NCBI GenBank assembly: GCA_020722725.1
Contig: DYKG01000011.1
Span: forward strand, 1,756 to 65,755
Length of the DNA stretch: 64,000 nucleotides
Origin: Candidatus Methylomirabilis sp.
GTDB taxonomy: Bacteria > Muiribacteriota > Ozemobacteria > Ozemobacterales > Ozemobacteraceae
Reading direction: 5' to 3'
The position numbers were made by a program, and so were the translations under genes. The notes below the pieces were generated by a model that saw only the letters and a program-made list of their open reading frames with translations, was not told the origin of the DNA and did no database searches. Shown one piece after another: positions 29,718 through 38,377 of the stretch (position 1 is the stretch's first letter; each line of letters opens with the position of its first letter).

Positions 29718-32700
29718 TTATTCATCATCTTCAACGTCTGATTCTTCAGCATCTTCATCGCCAGCATCAGCGTTGTCGAGTTCGTCATCGTTTTCGATTT
29801 CGTCAGCAGACCCTTCCGTCCAGTCTTCGTCGGTGTCAACGGTAAGCAGGCGCTCACCACCTTCATCGATTTGAACTTCTTTAGCGTCTTTCTTCAGATC
29901 AACCTGAAGACCCAGACTCTGGAGTTCGGAAACGACGACCTTGAATGATTCTGGAATTCCGGGCTTCATAATATTTTTGCCCTTGATAATCGTTTCATAA
30001 ACCTGAACACGGCCCTCAACATCGTCAGATTTAACGGTCAGGATTTCCTGGAGAACGTGAGCAGCGCCATAGGCCTCCAATGCCCAGACTTCCATTTCTC
30101 CGAAGCGCTGACCGCCGAATTGTGCCTTACCACCAAGAGGTTGCTGGGTTACCAGACTGTATGGGCCAGTAGAGCGGGCATGCATTTTGTCATCAACCAG
30201 GTGAGCCAGTTTCAAGATGTAAATTATGCCAACCATAATTTTTTTATGGAACGGTTCACCAGTTCTACCATCATAAAGAGTCGCTTTGCCTTCGACATCG
30301 ACCAGTTTGAGTGGGTCATGGTCATAGGTTTCTCTCAGCTGAGCCATTACAAAATCTTCATTTTTGATTTCACGGCCATTGTTGAAAATCGCAGTAGAGT
30401 AGCGCTTACCTTGACGTTCTGCAGCCCAGCCGAGGTGAGTTTCGAGAACCTGCCCAACGTTCATGCGAGAAGGAACGCCCAATGGATTGAGAATGATATC
30501 GATGGGGCGGCCATCGGCCATGTAAGGCATATCTTCAACCGGAACGATTCTTGAGATAACGCCCTTGTTGCCATGTCTACCGGCCATTTTGTCGCCTACG
30601 GTGATTTTTCTCTTCTGAGCAACAAAAACGCGAACCAGCTTGTTAACACCATACTGAAGTTCATCACCATTATCCCGAGAGAAAACCATTACATCAACGA
30701 CTTTGCCTTTTTCGCCATGAGGAACAGTTAATGAGGTGTTGCGAACTTCACGGGCCTTTTCACCGAAAATTGCACGCAACAGTTTATCTTCGGCGGTCAG
30801 TTCGGTTTCTCCTTTGGGGGTAACCTTACCAACAAGAATATCACCGGATTCAACTTCAGCACCGATTCTGATGATTCCCTGGTCGTCAAGATTCTTTAAG
30901 GCCTCTTCACCGACATTTGGAATATCCCGGGTAATTTCTTCGGGGCCAAGTTTGGTGTCACGGGCATCGATTTCATATTCTTCAATATGAATAGAAGTGA
31001 AGACATCATCTTTAACCATGCGTTCAGAAAGGATAATGGCGTCTTCGAAATTATAGCCTTCCCAGGGCATGAAAGCGACCAGAACGTTGCGACCAAGGGC
31101 CAGATCACCATAAGAAGTGGCCGGACCATCAGCAAGAACAGTTCCCGGTCTGACTTTGTCGCCGATTTTTACAATCGGTTTCTGGTTAATACAAGTCCCC
31201 TGATTTGATCGCATGAATTTCTGCAGGCGATAAACATCGACTGATTCCTGCTGAAGTCTTACTTCATCAGTAATGGCACGAATTTTGGAAAGGAATGTAA
31301 TATCGAGTGTCTGCCCGGCTTCAATTATGATTTCGCCGGTGAGTTCATCAACAATCGTATCCATGATCTTGCGACCCTGGAATTTTCTGAAAGACTGCTC
31401 GTTTACCGACAATTTTTCATCATCTTTGCGGCGGCTGGCGCGTTTGATTTTTACGCATTCGGCATCGACATAGATGACCGTACCATTGCTGCGAGAAAGG
31501 AGAACGGCACCTGAATCATGAGCTGCCCTTGATTCCAGGCCGGTTCCAACGAGAGGCGGTTCGGTTTCGATAAGCGGAACTGCCTGACGTTGCATGTTTG
31601 TGCCCATCAGCGCGCGGTTGGCGTCATCATGTTCCAGGAATGGAATCAGAGCCGAAGCCACGCTGACCATTTGAAGAGGCGAATACTTGATATATTCAAT
31701 TTCTTCTTTGGGCAGATAGTCAAATTCATAGTCATCACTGAAGTATTTGACCGGAACGGTTGCCTGAGCAATGTTGTTGTCTTCACTGATGCGAATATCT
31801 GGCTGGGCGACTTTATATCTGTCTTCATCGTATGCATCTTTGTATTCGATCTGATGATAATCGATGTGCCCAGATTCAGGATCTACAGGACAAAGAGGAG
31901 TAGTTAGAAAACCATAGTCATCAACCCGGGCATACACGGCAAGGGATGCTATCAGACCGGCGTTTGGACCTTCAGGGGTTTCAATCGGACAAATTCTTCC
32001 GTCATGGGTAGGATGTACATCGCGGACTTCAAACCCTGCGCGCTCACGCTTCAAGCCGCCTGGTCCGAGGGCTGAGAGCCTTCGTTTATGTGTAAGCTCG
32101 GCAAGGGGGTTTGTTTGATCCATGAACTGTGAAAGCTGAGAACTTCCAAAAAATTCATCGACGACGGCAGAAACCGGTCTCGTATTGATGAGAAGTTGCG
32201 GGGTATAGCTGTCAAGGTCATGAATGGTCATTCTTTCCTTGATAACTCTTTCCATTCTTGAAAGCGAAATGCGGAACTGATTCTGCAACAATTCGCCGCA
32301 GCGCCTGATACGGCGGTTTGAAAGATGGTCGATATCATCAACGCGGCCGATACCGTTTGATAAATCTATCAAATATCTAATTACACCAACAATATCTTCG
32401 ATGCAGAGAACTCTGTCCTTCTGGGTTTTAATGACTTCAATACCAAGCTCTTTGATCCGGTTGAAAGTATCTTCGTTGATTGCTTCGCCCTGCTCAACAA
32501 TGATTTCACCGGTTTTGGGATCAGCAACCGAATCGAAAGCGAAACGCCCGACAAGGTCAACGATTCCTTTTTCCACATCTGCGAGTTTAATTTCAGCATA
32601 GCCAGAGTTATACATGATGCGGTAGCCACGATTTTCTTCGCCAATTCGAATGAACGAGGGAATGCGCATGGTTTCGATTTGATCTGCGATTGACTTGCGA

Positions 32701-33794
32701 ATGCGCCTGCCGCCCTCAACCAAAATTTCTTTAGTGGCGGGGTTAATGATGTCTTTGAACGCCACCTGTTCGGAGAGGCGATCGGCCAGACGTAACTTTT
32801 TATCGATTTTGTAGCGACCGACATCACCCAGATCATACTTTTTAGAATCAAAGAAAAGGCTTCTGATCAGTGCGCGAGCATTTTCTTCCACAAACAGATC
32901 GCCCTGACGAAGCTTGCTGAAAATGGTTTTGAGAGAATCTGTTACCGCTCGCGACACTTTATCTGGACCATCTGAACGGCTTACTGACTGTTTGTCAAAT
33001 TTAAGTGAGCTGGCAATAGTTTCGTTATTGTCAAAGAGCTCAAGGATGCTTTCATCATCTGCGTAACCGAGAGAGCGCAGGAAAGAGGTTACTGGAATCT
33101 TTCTTTTGCGATCAAGTCTGACGAAAACCGCATCTTTCATGAGATCCAGTTCAAATTCCATCCAGGCACCACGATAAGGAACTATTTTAGCGGAGTACAT
33201 TTTCTTGGCGCGGTTAAAACTGTAATAAACACCGGGAGAGCGATGCAACTGGCTTACCACAACACGTTCGGCACCATTGATGATAAAGGTCCCACGCTCA
33301 GTCATGCAGGGCAGGTTGACCAGGAAGATTTCCTGTTCTTTTACTTCACCGGTTTGCTGCATAATCAGTTGAACTCTGATGTTCAATGGAATTGAGTAGG
33401 TGAGATCTCTTTTTCTACACTGATCAGGGCTGTGCTTAACACGAAAAGGTGTGTCACCGATAAAGGCAATTTCACATTCCCTTTCAATGAAACTGCAATC
33501 GTCAAACAAACATTTTTTTCTCAGTTTAACCTGAGGACAATTCTTGCACATCGGCAAGCCCAGGCTATAATCATTGTAATCAAGGCAGAGATTTCCAACA
33601 TAATCCTGGATGGGGAAAACTTCTCTGAAAACTTCTTCCAAGCCATGTTTATCACGTTTGCCGGGATCTCTGCCGGCCTGGAGAAACCATTCAAAAGATT
33701 TCAACTGGATGTCGATGAGATTCGGAATATTGTCGAATATCCGGTCTCTTGCCATCAGGAACTTCTTGGTTACAGGCTGTTGCTTTGTCACCAT
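29718..33794 (-). CDS. rpoB: DNA-directed RNA polymerase subunit beta
   Basis: It is 1358 aa and contains [40 protein letters not shown] and [20 protein letters not shown]. An SD (AAGGAG) precedes the start. Confidence 0.98.
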   Translation of the reverse strand: MVTKQQPVTKKFLMARDRIFDNIPNLIDIQLKSFEWFLQAGRDPGKRDKHGLEEVFREVFPIQDYVGNLCLDYNDYSLGLPMCKNCPQVKLRKKCLFDDCSFIERECEIAFIGDTPFRVKHSPDQCRKRDLTYSIPLNIRVQLIMQQTGEVKEQEIFLVNLPCMTERGTFIINGAERVVVSQLHRSPGVYYSFNRAKKMYSAKIVPYRGAWMEFELDLMKDAVFVRLDRKRKIPVTSFLRSLGYADDESILELFDNNETIASSLKFDKQSVSRSDGPDKVSRAVTDSLKTIFSKLRQGDLFVEENARALIRSLFFDSKKYDLGDVGRYKIDKKLRLADRLSEQVAFKDIINPATKEILVEGGRRIRKSIADQIETMRIPSFIRIGEENRGYRIMYNSGYAEIKLADVEKGIVDLVGRFAFDSVADPKTGEIIVEQGEAINEDTFNRIKELGIEVIKTQKDRVLCIEDIVGVIRYLIDLSNGIGRVDDIDHLSNRRIRRCGELLQNQFRISLSRMERVIKERMTIHDLDSYTPQLLINTRPVSAVVDEFFGSSQLSQFMDQTNPLAELTHKRRLSALGPGGLKRERAGFEVRDVHPTHDGRICPIETPEGPNAGLIASLAVYARVDDYGFLTTPLCPVDPESGHIDYHQIEYKDAYDEDRYKVAQPDIRISEDNNIAQATVPVKYFSDDYEFDYLPKEEIEYIKYSPLQMVSVASALIPFLEHDDANRALMGTNMQRQAVPLIETEPPLVGTGLESRAAHDSGAVLLSRSNGTVIYVDAECVKIKRASRRKDDEKLSVNEQSFRKFQGRKIMDTIVDELTGEIIIEAGQTLDITFLSKIRAITDEVRLQQESVDVYRLQKFMRSNQGTCINQKPIVKIGDKVRPGTVLADGPATSYGDLALGRNVLVAFMPWEGYNFEDAIILSERMVKDDVFTSIHIEEYEIDARDTKLGPEEITRDIPNVGEEALKNLDDQGIIRIGAEVESGDILVGKVTPKGETELTAEDKLLRAIFGEKAREVRNTSLTVPHGEKGKVVDVMVFSRDNGDELQYGVNKLVRVFVAQKRKITVGDKMAGRHGNKGVISRIVPVEDMPYMADGRPIDIILNPLGVPSRMNVGQVLETHLGWAAERQGKRYSTAIFNNGREIKNEDFVMAQLRETYDHDPLKLVDVEGKATLYDGRTGEPFHKKIMVGIIYILKLAHLVDDKMHARSTGPYSLVTQQPLGGKAQFGGQRFGEMEVWALEAYGAAHVLQEILTVKSDDVEGRVQVYETIIKGKNIMKPGIPESFKVVVSELQSLGLQVDLKKDAKEVQIDEGGERLLTVDTDEDWTEGSADEIENDDELDNADAGDEDAEESDVEDDE

Positions 33795-34027
33795 AATTCT
33801 GCCTTGCTCCTTAAATTAATTCGAATCGAACACCGCTGTTTGCACAGACGGCTAAACAGAGAAAGGGCCTCTGCTGCAGCAGATAACCCAATTTTTGTAC
33901 ATAGAATAAAATTTTGAAATAGAGAGTTTTCTGGAATAGATATTAGTTTTGTCAGTTAAATTTAACAATGCCGGCGTTACTCCGAAAACCATAGCAATTT
34001 ATGTGCCCATTCGCGAAATGGTTTTGA

Positions 34028-34056
34028 ATTATAACACTCTGAATGGTTCTGGTCAA
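34028..34056 (-). promoter_or_regulatory. sigma-70 type promoter of rpoBC
   Basis: On the minus strand it reads TTGACC, a 17-nt spacer (agaaccattcagagtgt), then TATAAT, with an A/T-rich upstream tract. It implies a ~225-nt leader. Confidence 0.65.
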
Positions 34057-34113
34057 CTTTTTAGAAAAAATTTTTCACCCAATTTTGTAAGCCGGCGCAT
34101 CATTAACAAATTA

Positions 34114-34142
34114 TTGATAATTACCCGGTTTTACGATATAAT
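34114..34142 (+). promoter_or_regulatory. sigma-70 type promoter, likely producing a leaderless mRNA for the 34149 gene
   Basis: It reads TTGATA, a 17-nt spacer (attacccggttttacga), then TATAAT. The -10 box ends 6 nt before the ATG at 34149, and no SD is present. Confidence 0.55.
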
Positions 34143-34148
34143 AATCAA

Positions 34149-34826
34149 ATGCAAACCAACATTGATATAACCAAGGCTTTCATAGAAACACCAGACGGTG
34201 TACTATCCATACACCAGATATCCAAAAAACTCGCCTTACCTTACGGAACAGCTTACAACCGCATACATAGTCTCAATCAACTGGGAATTGTCCAAATTCT
34301 GCCGCAGGGCAAGGCCAAACTTTGCGCATTGAATCCCGAAAACCCTATGACTGCCAGTCTTTTGGCACTTGGTTCATCACAGAGAACTGACCTTTTCCTG
34401 AAAAAATTTCCGGCGGCGGGTTCTGTACTGGGTAAAATCATCAAAACCATCTATGAATCTGGCAAAGAATGTCTGGAATCTGCAATTTTATTGACACCTG
34501 AACCATTAAAAAGCATTTCTGATCCAGAATTTACCGCAGCTTCTCCAATTGAAATTTCCCTTGATTTTTTCTATTTGAAAAATTCCACAGAATTTCCCGA
34601 AGAACGAATTGAAACAATGATTTCAACTTTAATTCCGCCCCACTCCAGCATTCGCGTTACTAGCATGTCAGTTGACCGTGAAACGTTACTTGGAATGTTA
34701 ACCGAAAACGAAAATGAGGCTGGCCTGGCGGCATATTCAATGCTCCATGAAGGAATAGTTCTTTTTGGCTTTGAAAATTTTTATCGCCTTGTATTGGAAG
34801 CATTTGCCCGCAAACTTTCATCTTAG
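34149..34826 (+). CDS. hypothetical protein with N-terminal winged-helix DNA-binding domain
   Basis: The HTH-like segment is LSIHQISKKLALPYGTAYNRIHSLNQLGIVQILPQGKAKL. The C-terminal ~150 aa are unassigned. Confidence 0.5.
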   Translation: MQTNIDITKAFIETPDGVLSIHQISKKLALPYGTAYNRIHSLNQLGIVQILPQGKAKLCALNPENPMTASLLALGSSQRTDLFLKKFPAAGSVLGKIIKTIYESGKECLESAILLTPEPLKSISDPEFTAASPIEISLDFFYLKNSTEFPEERIETMISTLIPPHSSIRVTSMSVDRETLLGMLTENENEAGLAAYSMLHEGIVLFGFENFYRLVLEAFARKLSS

Positions 34827-34841
34827 AGTGAATAAATAACA

Positions 34842-35480
34842 ATGAAAACAAAGCTTTTGCTGTTCTGTATGCTGTCATATGGCCTAATCCCCGTTTTTTC
34901 CCAGGATAGTGGCGGTTCGATTGCCCGGTCAACCAATTTTGACAACCGCCTGTCTGAAGTTTCCAGCGAAAAAATTTCCACCATGAATTCAGCCATGCAG
35001 GCGCAGCAATTTATGGAGATGGCAAGGAAATTCATGGCAGAGGGGAAATATGCACAGGCAAAAGAAGCTCTTAAGACCGCCATCCGAATTGACCCGATGA
35101 ATCCCGAGGCATGGGCATTATATGATGAGGCGATGATTGCAGAATATGTCGAGATACGCCGACGGGAAAAGCTTGAACCGGTAATCGAAAAAGATGTTTC
35201 GCCTCTTTTTGAAATCAACCGCGTCGATACCTACATTCAGCTTGATACACTGTTTGTTGTTGGTTCTTTGAAAAATTTATCCGACAAGTTAAAGCAAAAA
35301 ATCAAAGTAACCGCAAAAATCTTTGACGAAGACAAAAAAGAACTCCGTCGTCAGTCAGGTGAGCTGAATTTAGCTAAACGCGGACTGTCACCGAACGAGA
35401 GTTCTCTTTTTGAAATACCGTTTAAAAATCCCCCGACAGGGGCTAAGATTTTCCGTGTAGAAGTAACGGATTTTGAATAG
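34842..35480 (+). CDS. secreted hypothetical protein (signal peptide, one TPR-like motif, beta-rich C-terminus)
   Basis: The signal peptide is MKTKLLLFCMLSYGLIPVFSQ and the TPR-like motif is AEGKYAQAKEALKTAIRIDPMNPEAWALY. I prefer it over the antisense ORF 34823..35218. Confidence 0.55.
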   Translation: MKTKLLLFCMLSYGLIPVFSQDSGGSIARSTNFDNRLSEVSSEKISTMNSAMQAQQFMEMARKFMAEGKYAQAKEALKTAIRIDPMNPEAWALYDEAMIAEYVEIRRREKLEPVIEKDVSPLFEINRVDTYIQLDTLFVVGSLKNLSDKLKQKIKVTAKIFDEDKKELRRQSGELNLAKRGLSPNESSLFEIPFKNPPTGAKIFRVEVTDFE

Positions 35481-35756
35481 TCAGTCGTTTGGATCAACCA
35501 GGCGAACCAAAGTGTGCTGGCCATCGAAAATTCTTGCCAGGTGAGCCATTGCCCCGACGAAAAAAACAAAACCCGCCCAACGAAGCCATGAATTTTCCAT
35601 CATGTCCACCAGGTCTTTTTTGAATTCTTTCATTTCTTCGGGAAACGCAAACATAAGAACACCAGTCAATGCGACAAATGGGAGCGTAACCATCCAGAAT
35701 ATTTTTTTAAGAAACCACACGATAAAGTCCCTCGCTTGATATATTTTGATGATCAA
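35481..35756 (-). CDS. small hypothetical membrane protein (2 TM)
   Basis: It has two hydrophobic helices (IFWMVTLPFVALTGVLMFAF and WAGFVFFVGAMAHLA). The start is TTG and uncertain. It abuts the stop of the convergent gene. Confidence 0.4.
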   Translation of the reverse strand: MIIKIYQARDFIVWFLKKIFWMVTLPFVALTGVLMFAFPEEMKEFKKDLVDMMENSWLRWAGFVFFVGAMAHLARIFDGQHTLVRLVDPND

Positions 35757-35922
35757 ACTATACCAGAGTAAAAGCTAAAATGTAAATAGCATTAATTTTG
35801 ATTTTTCTGAGTGTGTACATCTTGATAATAGTTTATACTATCAGGCACAATTTAAACTTCAATTATTTTAGAATTTAGTCGAAAATAGGCTATATCTTTA
35901 TTGTATCGAGGCTTTAACTTTA

Positions 35923-38376
35923 ATGGGTTGGTTTTCAAGAAAGATCACAAATCCTGAAGAAACCTTTGCGAACCTTTTGTCAAAAGATAAAAGAGAATCA
36001 GATAAAGCAAAGCAGGATTTCGTAAATAACCTGAATCCGGGTTTCGTTGAATTTCTTTGTGACAAATTCGAACAGATTGAAACTCTTGAAACAAGAATTA
36101 CCATTCTTGAAATCTTTGCTGCCGCCAGGGAAAAGCTCGGGGTCGATGATCTTAGAACGGTTCTGGTTTTAATTAAATATCCCGACACTCTGTTGCGTGA
36201 AACCTTCAAAGAAATTCTAACCGGCATTACCGAGGAAAATCTCAAGGCGGTAACCGAATTTCTCGACAATTCCCGTGACGAAGGTGTTCATAAAACAGTT
36301 CAATATGGCATAGAGAAAAGCGGAATTCTCGCTCGAATTCTGGATAAATGGAATAATTACACGCTTAAAGAGCAGATTCTTTTTCTCGATGAAATAGTTC
36401 GACTACAGAACCCCAAAACTTTTCCGATTTTTCTCGATATTTTAAAAGAAGAAACGGTTGAAGCCAAAAAAGAAGAAAAAAGAATCATCCAGGTTGAATT
36501 TTCCAAACATGTAGACAAAATAAAGAGTCCTGAATTTCTTGATTTGTGCATTAGAGAACTGCCGGCTATCGCACCAAACATGCGTTATCCGGTTTTTAAA
36601 TGTTTGCAGATGCATGGGAAGCTGTTTTTTGAAAAGGTTTTTGACGGGCTGGGGAAAAAAAGCGAAGGGTTTCGCCAACATACCATTAAATTAATGGAAC
36701 AATTGTCAGACCCCCTTTCCTATCCCTATTTGTTCCCATTTTTGCTGGACACACACAAAAGCATCCCACCAACTGTTCGAGATACGATTGGCAACATTGT
36801 GAAGAACTTCTGTGATGAACTTGAAGCTTTGAGTCCAGAAGAAAAGGCAAAGATTGAAAATCAGGAAAAAATTAAATTTTTTACCGGGCCCCTGGAAGCC
36901 AATTTAAATGACCGTTTTTTCCACAGCATCAAGTTGTTTACCGAATGCCTCCTTCGCCTTGGCAAACAAGATCAGGATGTTATTCTGCGGAATTTTGCCA
37001 AAGTCTTCAAATATAATGAAGCATATTTAAAAAATTTTTTGAAAGGCCTTGAACCTAACTACCGAAAAGACCTGCTTATCAAAGCCTGCTGCTACAAAGA
37101 TTCCGAGATTGGTCGCACCGCGCTGAAAATTCTGGGCGACCCTACGGAAAATTATATTATTGAAACCCTCAACACCCTTTTGCTTGAGCATTTCATGGAA
37201 GTCCCGCAGGAAATTCAATCAGAAATTATCAATCTGATGATGGATCCCAGATTGCAGAGATTTGTAACAGAAGTTCTTTACCACCAGGATCCAGCCTTAC
37301 GATCCAGAATTCTATGGATTCTTGGTGAATCGGGTTCGCAAAACGCCCTGGCTATTCTAGAAACCAAACTGCGTGACCCAGATTTTTCGGTTCGTGAAAC
37401 TATTTTGAAAATTCTTGATATGAAGCATTTTCAAAATTCAGCAGGAACTGAACTTCTGATGAATTTTCTTAAAGATACCGACACCAGTATCGTTTTACAA
37501 ACCATAGAAAAACTCAAAGAACGAGATCATGCCAAAATTATTGGGGCGTTGACCCGTCTTCTAACCTCAAATGTAGCTGAAATAAAGCAATCGGCACATA
37601 AAGCGATTGCTTTCGTTACCCGGCGAAAATATATGCAGGGTTTCGACAAAATGTCAGATGAAACAAGAAAATCCATTGGCGAATCGCTGATAAAAATGGA
37701 TGCAAATTTCATGGAAGACATCACCAAAGATCTTGCAGCGCCAGATCAGCGAACACGTGTTCTTTCCGCAAAAATCCTTGAAGTTCTTTGTGACCATATT
37801 CCACCAGAATTAAAAACCCATTTGATTGTTGCAATTCAGGATCCTGATCCTCATGTTCGAGCAGTCGTAATAATGGGCCTTGGAAAAATTGGTGGGCCTT
37901 CGGTTGCAGGGATGCTGGTAGCGTTCCTCAAGGATCAGGATGACAGAGTTAGAGCAAATGCAGTTGAAGCGATGGCAGAAGTTGGTGATATTTCTCTGGC
38001 GGAAGAAATTCTTCCCTGTCTATATGACGATAACAACAGAGTTCGTGCCAACACTATCACGACTCTATGGAGACTCGGATATTACCAGATTTATGAAGCA
38101 ATTATTGAAATGATGCGGCATCCGGATAAATGGATGCGTGCATCGGCGGCATTTGCTCTTGGCGAGTTGAAAGACAGCAGATTTTTCCCGATTCTTCTCC
38201 AGGTTATCAGAGATCCAGAACCAGACGTAAGAAGGAACGTGGTAAAAGCCCTTTCAAAAATCGCTCCCGCTTACAGTATTGCACCATATATCCGGCCTTT
38301 GCGTTTTGATCCTGACGAAGGTGTAAGAAAAGAGGTTATGGCGGTACTTTCAGCCAAGCCTCCGGCCCCCAAATGA
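35923..38376 (+). CDS. HEAT-repeat protein (817 aa), PBS-lyase-type HEAT repeats at C-terminus
   Basis: About 31-aa repeats run in tandem: DPDPHVRAVVIMGLGKIG, DQDDRVRANAVEAMAEVG, DDNNRVRANTITTLWRLG, HPDKWMRASAAFALGELK, DPEPDVRRNVVKALSKI and DPDEGVRKEVMAVLS. Confidence 0.75.
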   Translation: MGWFSRKITNPEETFANLLSKDKRESDKAKQDFVNNLNPGFVEFLCDKFEQIETLETRITILEIFAAAREKLGVDDLRTVLVLIKYPDTLLRETFKEILTGITEENLKAVTEFLDNSRDEGVHKTVQYGIEKSGILARILDKWNNYTLKEQILFLDEIVRLQNPKTFPIFLDILKEETVEAKKEEKRIIQVEFSKHVDKIKSPEFLDLCIRELPAIAPNMRYPVFKCLQMHGKLFFEKVFDGLGKKSEGFRQHTIKLMEQLSDPLSYPYLFPFLLDTHKSIPPTVRDTIGNIVKNFCDELEALSPEEKAKIENQEKIKFFTGPLEANLNDRFFHSIKLFTECLLRLGKQDQDVILRNFAKVFKYNEAYLKNFLKGLEPNYRKDLLIKACCYKDSEIGRTALKILGDPTENYIIETLNTLLLEHFMEVPQEIQSEIINLMMDPRLQRFVTEVLYHQDPALRSRILWILGESGSQNALAILETKLRDPDFSVRETILKILDMKHFQNSAGTELLMNFLKDTDTSIVLQTIEKLKERDHAKIIGALTRLLTSNVAEIKQSAHKAIAFVTRRKYMQGFDKMSDETRKSIGESLIKMDANFMEDITKDLAAPDQRTRVLSAKILEVLCDHIPPELKTHLIVAIQDPDPHVRAVVIMGLGKIGGPSVAGMLVAFLKDQDDRVRANAVEAMAEVGDISLAEEILPCLYDDNNRVRANTITTLWRLGYYQIYEAIIEMMRHPDKWMRASAAFALGELKDSRFFPILLQVIRDPEPDVRRNVVKALSKIAPAYSIAPYIRPLRFDPDEGVRKEVMAVLSAKPPAPK

Positions 38377-38377
38377 T

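Noticed and set aside
28258-30554. Plus-strand ORFs 28258..28854 (198 aa) and 30057..30554 (165 aa) inside rpoC and rpoB.
   Set aside because: They are antisense to unmistakable RNA polymerase coding sequence. This is the typical stop-poor antisense frame, and nothing supports them.
33819-33838. A GGTGTTCGATTCGAA segment resembling a tRNA T-arm in the rpoB leader.
   Set aside because: No acceptor stem, anticodon arm or D-arm can be built around it. It sits immediately next to the rpoB SD.
34823-35218. A minus-strand 131-aa ORF opposite the 34842..35480 gene.
   Set aside because: The plus-strand product has a clean signal peptide and a TPR motif. The minus-strand product is Ser/Ile/Cys-rich with no features.
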